The position numbers and the translations under genes were made by a program. 64,000 bases of DNA from an uncultured Candidatus Peribacteria bacterium (GTDB lineage Bacteria > Patescibacteriota > Gracilibacteria > BD1-5 > UBA2023): NCBI GenBank assembly GCA_964540725.1, contig CAZINU010000004.1, positions 12,233 to 76,232 of the forward strand, in the 5' to 3' direction. This document shows, one piece after another, positions 10,856 to 19,799 of this stretch. The notes beneath the pieces were generated by a model that ran no database searches, had not been told where the DNA came from, and worked only from the letters and a program-made list of their open reading frames with translations. Numbering within the stretch: the first letter of the stretch is position 1; each line of letters opens with the position of its first letter.

Positions 10856-13800
10856 GTGCTTCCGACTCGGATTTTTCGACCGACGAAAGCCTTTCTGGCC
10901 GCCTTCTTGGCGATGGGATTCCTTTCGGTGAGCGTCGTTTCCGCCAACCCGGCGGTGTGAGGCCGCGCAGCTTGGAACGAATGGGACGGAAGCAGCCGTT
11001 CGGTCGTGCTGGATATCGACGCCCAGAAACGGACGGATTTGTCACTCCCTCCGGATTCGTACGTCGTTGCTATTTTCCGTGACGAAGGCATCGTGTACCA
11101 ACGGTGGGATGCCGGAACGTCCATGTCCGTATGCATATACAGGGATTCGGCTACGGGCGCCGAACGGACGCTTTTTTCGGACGGATGGCTGTCGTCGTTC
11201 GATCCCGAAACCGGAAACTACACGTATTCCGTATGGGGCGACGGCATGAGTCGCACGTACCGCGCAAACGTTGAAACGGACGTCGCGCCCACTCTCGTGC
11301 TCGCGGAGCCGAATGCATGAATCCAACAGTATTCCTCCGATCTCTCCCATGCGCTTATAAATCGGTACGATCCATTGACTGGATCGAACTCCATATATCT
11401 CAGGAACCTCGCTACCGGCTCGGAACGGCTCCTCGGTCCCTCGTATTCCGATTCGCCCGAATACTATTGGAACGCTTTCTTCGCCTTCTTCGGCGGATCG
11501 AACGACACCGTTGTCCGCATCGCTCGGGAATATCGAAAAAGCGACTGGACGCTCTCAGCACACTCGGGCGCCATTCTCGACGCGACGGATCCTTCGGCCA
11601 TTTCCGAGAGTCCGGCACCCATGAATTTCGGCCCCTACGGGTACTATGTCGGGTATAAGGGGAATCGGCATTTCTATGTCGTTTATGACGAAAATTGGAA
11701 CTCTTCCACCCATACCTATTCTGACGGCACCGACTCGGTCGTATTGGATGTGGGGAAATACCTCATGTCCGATTGACAAACCGGCCGTATGCCATGATAC
11801 GGCGATATTGTCGCCTACTCGTACTGGGATTCCGCATCGTCGAAAAACGTCGTGGAATGGATGAACGTCGCCACTTCGGCTACGGGTTCGATCGTTGACG
11901 GATGGGTGGACTCCAAAGCCCTCTCCCTCCGCCCTTGGAAAGACCCGTACGACCCCCTCGTCTTCTCGAACCCCATCGGGTGGTATTCGCCGCAGGCGTC
12001 GAATCCGGACGGAACGGCGTTCGAAAACGTCGCGTATTCGGGCGTGCTCGGAACCGCTCTCGCGGCCGAATCGATTCCCTCGTGGACGGGCGGCGTATTC
12101 GAATCGGGTGCCGGCCCCATGGGCGCGTACGCCACCATGGCCGCGGTTCCCGAATGGGCCGCTACGGCGTTCTCGTTCGAGGGTGGCAGCATCGGCTCGT
12201 ACGGATTCCGGGCCGAGTGGCTTCCGGCGTTCGCCTCCGAGGGATTCGCGTCCGCCGGTACGCTCGTAGGATCGTTTGGGATTCCTTCGGCATCGTGGCC
12301 GGAGTTCGGCTCCGGAACGTTCCTCGCGGAAGTTTCGGCCCCGGTGGGAAGCTTTGGCGCGCCGCTTTCGAGCGTTCCCCACTGGTCGGAATACCAATTC
12401 TCCCGCCTCGCCTCCCAAACCCCCGCCTCCGCCGCGCCGTTCTCCGGCACCGGCGGCGAATCCGTCCTCGCCGCCCGCGACGGCAACGGCGACGTCCTCG
12501 CCGAGGCCCAGGCGCCGGACAAGGACCTCATGGACCCCGTCGACCCCGCCACCGGCGACTTCCTGTACGAAAACGCCTTCCTCCGGCTCGCCGGAGGCCG
12601 CGAACCCTTCGAATTCTCGCTCTCGTACCGCTCCTCCGCCGGGTACGACGGCGCCTCCGGCCATGACTGGATCCACCCGTTCGAGCGCAAAATCCTCCCC
12701 GCCGCCGACGGTTCCGCCAAATACTCCGACGGCGAGGGCGGAACCTGGACCTTCGCCGCCTCCGGCACCGGGTACGCCCGGTCGGAAGCGCTGAAGGCCG
12801 GGCTCTCCCGCACCGGCTCCGGCGGGTGGCTCCTCTCGATGCGGAACGGCCGGACGGAAACGTTCGACCCCGACGGCCTCCTCGAAACCGTCGCCGACCC
12901 CGACGGCGTCCTCTTCTCGCTTTCGCGCGACCGGTACGGCAACCTCGCCTCCGTCGCGGATTCCCTGGGGCGCGTCGTCCGCTTCGAGAACGGCCAGGAC
13001 GGCCGCGTCGCGAAGGTTTCCGACCCCCTCGGCCGCGAAGTCCGGCTCTCGTACGCCTCGCAAACCGGCGCGGCGGCGACGCCCGGCGACCTCGTCTCGG
13101 TCTCCCTGTGGTACGGCACGGGCGCCGAAAAAACCGTCTCCTTCGGGTACGGCACGGGCGCGCACGACCTCCACAAGATCGTTTCGCTCACCGATTCCAA
13201 GGGGCAGGAATACGTAACCAACGGGTACGGCGCCGACGGCCGCGTCGCCTGGCAGCGGTACGGAGAAGGCACGGGGTTCTACTCGTACGTCCTTTGAAGC
13301 GTCCACGAAGACGATACGCCCGAATCCGCCGGCACCGGCCCCGTCGTCGGCGCGTACGTGGAAAAAACCGTCGTCACCGACCGCCGCGGCAACGTGACCG
13401 AATACGCGTATTCCCGCGCCGGCGCCCCGCTTTCGCGCACCGAACTCGGGTACGGCTCCGGAACCCTCGCCACGTCGTGGGCGTACGGCGCCGACGGCCG
13501 CGTCGCCTCGGAAACCCGGCCCGACGGAAGTTCGACCCTGTATTCGTACGACCGAGACGGCAACGTCTCCGAAGAGCGCCTCCGTTCGTCCGACCCCGCC
13601 GACGCCGACGTCGTCGTCCGGTACGGATGGGATTCCGAAGGCCGCCTCGCGGAAAAAACCGCCCCCGACGGTTCCCGGACGCTCTACTCGTACGACGCTT
13701 CCGGCCGCCCGACGTCGGTGGTCGCGGCCGCCGTCCGCCTCTCCGCGACCGGTTCCGCCGACCTCGGAACTTCCTTTTCGTACTCCGGCGGCTACCTCTC

Positions 13801-16800
13801 CGCGAAAACCCTCCCGGACGGCTCGCGGACGGAGTATTCGTACTCCGGCGGACTGCTCGCGGAAGTTACGGATTCCCTCGGAACCCTCCGCTACGCGTAC
13901 GACGCCGCCGGCAACCCGACGGCGGTCACGGACGCGGAAGGGAACGTTACCCGCTCCGAATTCGACGCCTTCGGCCGCGTCGTGAAAACCGTTTCCCCGG
14001 AAGGCCTCGAAACCCGCTACTCGTACGACGCCAACGACAACCGGATACGGACCGAACGCTCCGCCGGCCCCGGAAAAACGGCCGCGACCCGCGCGGCGTT
14101 CGGCCTGCTCGACGAAGTCCTGTCGGAGGAATCCGACCTTTCGGAAACCCTCACGGGCGCCCTCGAGACGCGGTACGACGCCAACGGGGAAGTCGCCGAA
14201 CGCCTCCTCCCGTCCGGCGTCCGCGAGAAGTTCCTCCGCGACCCCGCCGGCCGCGTCACCGAACGCCGCCTCGTCCCCGCCGACGCCTCGGAAGACGCCG
14301 TCGCCCGGTACTCGTATTCCGGCGGCCTCCTGGCGGAAGAAACCGACCCCCTCGGCCGGAAAACGGAATACCGGTACGACGGCTTCGGCCGGCTTTCTGC
14401 GGAAATCTCGCCCCTCGGCACCGAAACCCGGTACTCGTACGGGCCCTCCGGCAAACCCGTCCGCACCGACGTCCTCGACGCTTCCGGCGCCCTCGTCGCC
14501 CGATCGGAATCCGAATACGGTTCCGGCGGCCTCCTCCTCGTCGTCCGGTCCGCGGCGGTGGAAAACGGCGCCCCGGCCGGGGGAGCCCTCGAAACCCGTT
14601 ATTCGTACGGCCCCCTCGGAAGGAAAACGGAAGAAACCGCCCCGGGAGGGGGCAAGACCCGCTACGCGTACTCCGGAAGCCTCCTCGCTTCCGTCACGGA
14701 CGCGACGTGAAACCGCGCGGAATACCGGTACGACAAACGCGGCCTCGTTACCGAAACCCTTACCGTCTGAACCGACGGCACGGTCCTCGCCACCCGCCAC
14801 GCGTACGACCGCGACGGCCGCAAGACGGAGGAAACCGCCCCGGACGGCGGAATTACCCGGTACGGATACGGCCCCCTCGGCGACCTCGCCTCCGTCACCG
14901 GCCCCGAAGGAAACCGCACCGAATTCCTCCGCGACTTCCGCGGCCTCGCCACGGCCGAAACCGACGCCCTGGGCGGAACCGTTTCCGCCGGGTACCGCGC
15001 GGACGGCAACCGCGTTTCCCTCTCGGACGCGGAAGGAAAAACGACTGCGTACGCCTTCGACGGCTTCGGAAGGGAAAAAACCGAAACCCTCCCGGACGGC
15101 TCGGAGTACCGAACCCGGTACGACCTCGCGGGCAACGCCGTGGAAACCGAGGACCCGGCCGGCAACCGCGTGACCCTGGAATACGACGCGGAAAACCGCC
15201 TCGTCCGCAGAACCGCCCGAACCGCTTCCGGAACCGTCGGACCCGCGTGGGAAAGTTTCTCGTACGGCCCGCTCGGCGAACTGCTCGAAGCGCGGGATTC
15301 GGACGGCAACGCCGTGGCGTTCTCGTACGACGGGTTCGGAAGGAAGGAGGCTGAAACCCAAAACGGGAAAACCGTCTCGTACGCGTACGGAAACGACGGG
15401 CGGATTTCCTCCGAAACCCTCCCGTCCGGAAGGGTCCTGGATTACGCCCGGGACGCCCTCGGGCGCCCGACGGGCATGGCGGAAGGTTCCGGCCAATCCG
15501 CCCGGACCCTCGCCCAATACCAGTATTCCGGCCCCTTCCCGTCCGGAACCCTCCTCGGCAACGGGACGGCCGAATCGCGCCTGTACCAAAACGGAAGGCC
15601 CGCCGCCCTCGCGCTCTCCGTGCCCGGAAGCCAGGCCCCCCTCCGCGCGTACTCGTACGCGTACGACCGGAATTCCAACCCCCTCTCCGACGGGGAGGGC
15701 GGGTACGCGTACGACGCCCTCTCCCGCCTCTCGTCCGCCGGATACGGGACGGAATCGGAATCCTTCGCGTACGACCGCGCGGGCAACCGGACCGTCCGGA
15801 CGTCCACGGGAACGGAAACCGGAACCGCGGACTACGCGCGGAACCCGCTCGACCAGTACCCGGAAATCGCCCGAACCCTCTCCGGAGGAACCCAGACCGG
15901 CTCGTACCGCTTCGACCCCAACGGAAACCTCGTCGAAACCGACCGGCTCGTCCTCGAGTACGACTGGCATAGCCGCCTGAGGAAGGTTACGGAGAAGGAA
16001 TGGACCGAAACGGGAAGCCTCGGGCCGCGAATCCCGGAGGCGTATTTCCTGGGATCGGAGACGGGGAGCGGTTCGGAAACGGGCACGGGAACCGGCACCG
16101 GAAGCGGCGCCGAACCCCCGCCGGATTCCGGCAGCGGCAGCGGCACGGGAACCGGGGAAACTTCGACCGGGACGGTCCTTCCCCCCGATACCGGAACGTG
16201 AGCCGGAACGTGAACGTGAACGGAAACCGGGTCGGGCTCCGAAACTTGAACGTGAACGGCGGAAACCGGGACGTGAGCCTGAACCGGAAGCGGGGCGGAG
16301 ATCCCGCCGGAAACGGGCGCCGGTACGCAATCCAGCACCTGAACCGGAACGGGCGGAACCTCGTCCGGGACCGGGGAAACCTCGTCGGGAAGCTTTTCCG
16401 GCACCGGAACCTTCTCCATCTTCCACCCCGCCCGAATCCTCGCCGAATACGCGTACGACCCGCTCGGCCGCAGGATTTCCAAAACCACCGAGAATGCCGT
16501 CACCAAATGGCGCTACTCCGGTGAAAAAATCGTCCAAGAGACGGTCGAGACCCCCGTCGGACAACTCCTCCGTACCTCCGAATTCGCGTACGGCCCCGAC
16601 GGGGACGACGTCGTCGCCGAGTTCCGTACGGAGAACGGGAATCCCGAGGAAACCCGCTACTTCCTCAAGGACCGCCTCTGAAGTACCGTCGCGGTCACCG
16701 ACGGCTCCGGAAGCGTGCTCGAAGAATACCGCTACGACCCCTTCGGCAAGACGTACCGGAAAACCGCGGAAGGAACGTGGGAAGCCCTGAAGCCCGGACG

Positions 16801-17554
16801 GCAGACCGCCACCGACCGGCTCTACACCGGCCGCGAACGCGATCCCGAAACCGGCCTCTACCATTACCGCGCCCGGACGTACTCCCCGGAACTTTGAAGG
16901 TTCCTGCAGAGGGATCCGGTAGGCACCGCGGACCAATTGAACCGGTACGCGTACGTGGGGAACAACCCGATGGTGGCGACGGACCCGAGCGGGATGGTCA
17001 TCAAGCAGATGGTCAGGGGCGGCGTCGAAGGCGACTTCGTCGAGAATCCCACCGTATGGAACGACGTCGGCAACGCCGCCGTCGGGTTCGTCCCGGTCGC
17101 CGGCAACGCCGCCGGAATCCGCGATTCGGCCGCCGGGCTTTCCCGCTGCGAATGATTCGGGGACTGCGCCCTCGCCGCCGGCGACACGGCCCTCAACCTC
17201 GTCCCCGGGAAGAAGGGGGCGCAGGGGGTTTGGAAGTTGGGCCGAAGGGCATCACCCATCGTAAAGGAACAAATCCATCATTTCCTTACGAATAAAAGTA
17301 AAAGATTTACTCCCGAATTTGTAAAAATCGTATCAAAATACGATTTAAAATTAGATGAATCTTGGAATAAAGGGGCAATGGAGCATTTATGACGACACGT
17401 CGAGGATTATCACACCATGATGCTTTATCAGGTTAGGCGCATAGACGCCGTTGCTCGAGGATCTCAAAAAATATTCTTAAAAGAATTTGAGGCAATCAAG
17501 AAAAGCGTTATGGATAATCCAGATATACTTTATAAGAAGGGATGGTGACGCTAG
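10856..17554 (+). CDS. RHS/YD-repeat polymorphic toxin (WapA-like, Sec signal peptide)
   Basis: A single frame runs from 10856 to TAG 17552-17554 with no TAA/TAG and 20 in-frame TGA. Putative GTG start gives the signal peptide LPTRIFRPTKAFLAAFLAMGFLSVSVVSA. Many YD repeats (xxGxxxxYxYDxxGR). Core end is YFLKDRL-G-STVAVTDGSG...YHYRARTYSPEL-G-RFLQRDP...NRYAYVGNNPMVATDPSGM. The start codon is uncertain. Confidence 0.85.
16052..16412 (+). repeat. (Thr/Ser-Gly)n low-complexity linker inside the RHS gene, UGA-dense
   Basis: Translates as ETGSGSETGTGTGTGSG...TGTGAGTGTGTETGSGSETGTGT.... Eight Gly codons in 16199-16342 are TGA, partly as acgtga hexamer repeats. Confidence 0.8.
16646..17080 (+). repeat. 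Direct repeat copy 1 (RHS core end)
   Basis: 435 bp colinear with 18183-18617 (offset 1537, no indels seen, roughly 85-90% identity by eye). Confidence 0.85.
17081..17554 (+). other. Variable C-terminal tip of the RHS protein: PT-TG-like segment followed by an xHH-type HNH/EndoVII-like nuclease candidate
   Basis: VGFVPVAGNAAGIRDSAAG resembles the pre-toxin TG module. After it comes ...IHHFLTNK...SWNKGAMEHL-G-RHVEDYH (HH...N...H..H). GC drops sharply from about 17256. Confidence 0.5.
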
Positions 17555-17585
17555 CCTATTATACTTGTAATGCATAACTGACATC

Positions 17586-18170
17586 ATGACGTTCTTTTCT
17601 TTTGTACAAATGGATCCTCCTAAAAATTCGGGAGCGATGCTCCCGAAGGATCATAAAGTCTTCCAAGATTTTTGATGGGGCGAATACGATCTTGTTTGCG
17701 GAAAAAAGATTGAAAACTGGAATGATAGAAATGTTGCATTTTTTGAGCGAGATGGAGAAAAATCTAATTTATCTGAAGATTATTTGGGTACCACGTTACC
17801 TTGTCCTGTGATTTCTCGAAAATTTAAGGAATTACTCGAGAGGGAAAGAATTGAAAACATTCAATTCTTTCCAATTCGTATCGAAAATTTTAATAACCCT
17901 TCCGATATTTTCGAAGCCGAATATTTCATCGTGAATATCCTTGACGTTGTCGTCGGTGCTATTGACAAAAAAAAATCTATTTCTGACTGAATCGGGTGAT
18001 TTTTGAAAAAAACCCTTATTGAAAAAAAAATCAGCGGACACGATTGGTTTAGATTGTTCGAAGACCCTTTTCAGGACATTATTTCCGAACGAATAAAAAG
18101 ACTGTTCGAAGATAACTGTTCAGCATACGTTAAATTCTCTCGTATTATGGTCGTGGAACATTGAGATTAA
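17586..18170 (+). CDS. Imm11 (DUF1629)-like immunity protein
   Basis: 194 codons in one frame with TGA at 17673, 17988, 17997 and 18162, TAA stop. Motifs PVISRKFKELLERERIENIQFFPIRIEN...EYFIVNILD and ...WFRLFEDPFQDIISERIKRLFED match the Imm11 pattern as I recall it. Low GC. Starts 31 nt after the toxin stop. Confidence 0.7.
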
Positions 18171-18182
18171 TTTTAGATCCTT

Positions 18183-18617
18183 GAAGAAACCCGCTACTTC
18201 CTCAAGGACCGCCTATGAAGCGTCGTCGCCGTGACTGACGGAACCGGGAACGTCGTCGAAGAGTACCGCTACGACCCCCTCGGCAAGACGTACCGGAAAA
18301 CCGCGGAAGGGGCGTGGGAAGTTCTCAAACCGGGACAACGAGCCGCCACCGACCGGCTCTACACGGGAAGGGAACGCGACGCGGAGACGGGACTCTACCA
18401 TTACCGCGCCCGGACGTATTCCCCGGAACTCGGAAGGTTCCTGCAACGCGACCCAATAGGCACCGCGGACCAGATTAACCGGTACGCGTACGTCGGGAAC
18501 AACCCGATGGTGGCGACGGATCCGAGCGGGATGGTTATCAAACAGATGGTCAGGGGCGGCGTCGAAGGCGACTTCGTCGAGAACCCCGCCGTATGGAACG
18601 ACGTCGGCAACGCCGCC
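18183..18617 (+). repeat. Direct repeat copy 2 (RHS core end)
   Basis: Colinear with 16646-17080. Confidence 0.85.
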
Positions 18618-18660
18618 ATGACGGAAGGGAACGGTCCGTCCTTGAAGGACATCGCCCACA

Positions 18661-18693
18661 AAACCCCCTCCGAATCGGTTCGGAGGGGGTTTT
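18661..18693. terminator. Bidirectional intrinsic terminator
   Basis: aaaccccctccgaa-tcgg-ttcggagggggttt perfect hairpin between the orphan fragment and the convergent gene. Confidence 0.6.
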
Positions 18694-18704
18694 CAATATT
18701 CTTT

Positions 18705-19436
18705 CTACATCTTCATCCACCCGTTCGCAACGGCCATGATGCCGTTCAAAACTAAGAGGATGCCGAGCGCTTTGAAAAGTTCCTTGTCGTTCATTCGATG
18801 ATGGACGACGTTTCCGACCTTCAACCCCAGCAGTAACCCCGTGAATCCGGCCAATGCTTGAAGCAGTATGCCGGGAACGACGATGCCAGCGAGCAGGAAA
18901 GTGATCATCCGGATGTTTCCCTGGATCATGAAGATGAGGGAGAGCGTTCCGCGAATCTGGCTCTTATTCAGTTCCCGATTCGACAAGTAGATGACGTACG
19001 GGGGTCCGCCGGTTCCGAAAGCGCCGCTGATGGCCCCGCCGGCGAATCCGGCGACCGGAGCCCATTTCGGGCTGAGGGTCTTGACGACCTTCCAACCGAG
19101 AACGTGCTGCAATCCGAAGGCGGCGATGACGACGCCCACCATGATGAGCAATGCGGATTGCGGCAGTTTCACGAGGAGGAAAATGCCGATGGGCAAGCCG
19201 AGCAAACTTCCGAGAATCAGGGACTTGAATTCCGGCCAGACGATATCCGTTTTTCCTATCCGACTGAGGATGATATTGGCCAGTGCTTCCAGCAGGAGCA
19301 TGAGAATGACGACCTGGTGGAAGGGGAGGTAAATGGCCAACAATGGGGTAGCTATGAGCGAAGAACCGAATCCGGTCGCGGCCCGAATGAAGAAACAGAC
19401 GAACGCGATGAGTCCGGTAGCGAGTAATTGTTCCAT
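18705..19436 (-). CDS. TauE/SafE (DUF81) family anion exporter
   Basis: 243-aa polytopic membrane protein with a duplicated GxGGG-type pattern (RAATGFGSS..., GAFGTGGPP). TAG stop. Confidence 0.8.
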   Translation of the reverse strand: MEQLLATGLIAFVCFFIRAATGFGSSLIATPLLAIYLPFHQVVILMLLLEALANIILSRIGKTDIVWPEFKSLILGSLLGLPIGIFLLVKLPQSALLIMVGVVIAAFGLQHVLGWKVVKTLSPKWAPVAGFAGGAISGAFGTGGPPYVIYLSNRELNKSQIRGTLSLIFMIQGNIRMITFLLAGIVVPGILLQALAGFTGLLLGLKVGNVVHHRMNDKELFKALGILLVLNGIMAVANGWMKM

Positions 19437-19799
19437 ACGCCATTAGCAGCCACTCACCTCCCAAGCGTCATTCGCTGGGAGCGTCTCGGTGACGAATCTT
19501 GCGACTCGCTCCCTGAGCCTTTCGTTTCCTCTCGGTCTTTCGTCCGCCGACGTCGGTCTTCCGAGGGCTTCCGGTTTTCTTCCGCTCGGATCCGGGAGAT
19601 GTCTCGGAAACTGTCCTTCGTATGTCGTCATATCGTGTGCGTCCATACTCTGAAAAAGGAAAAAAATAAATGCATTTAACAAATGCATACGTAGTATAAA
19701 CCAAATGGCAATAAGAATCCAAACGTTTTGTTTTTTCTTCTGTTTTTCCGTTTTTTTCTTCCCGTTGGAACGTATCGTCCCGGGCGTAACCCCGTGATT

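Larger units (their letters stand above)
18177..18755 (+). pseudogene. Orphan (displaced) RHS C-terminal fragment
   Basis: Opens right after TAG 18174-18176 without a credible start. Encodes EETRYFLKDRL-G-SVVAVTDGTG...ELGRFLQRDP...DPSGMVIKQM..., then only about 45 unrelated residues that run into the convergent TauE gene. Confidence 0.7.

Noticed and set aside
11555-16936. 1,793-aa ORF on the minus strand, antisense to the RHS gene
   Set aside because: Its translation is Arg/Gly/Ala/Pro-rich junk with no motifs. It mirrors a plus-strand frame full of recognisable YD repeats. Long antisense ORFs are expected in GC-rich DNA where only AT-rich stop codons terminate.
17602-17811. 69-aa ORF in another frame downstream of the RHS stop
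   Set aside because: The frame starting at ATG 17586 gives a continuous 194-aa protein with Imm11-like motifs under code 25. The 17602 frame gives no recognisable sequence when extended through its TGA.
19437-19660. Possible riboswitch in the roughly 220-nt leader of the TauE/SafE gene
   Set aside because: I could not match it to the conserved cores I know of SAM, TPP, cobalamin or guanidine riboswitches. It is left as an unexplained leader only.
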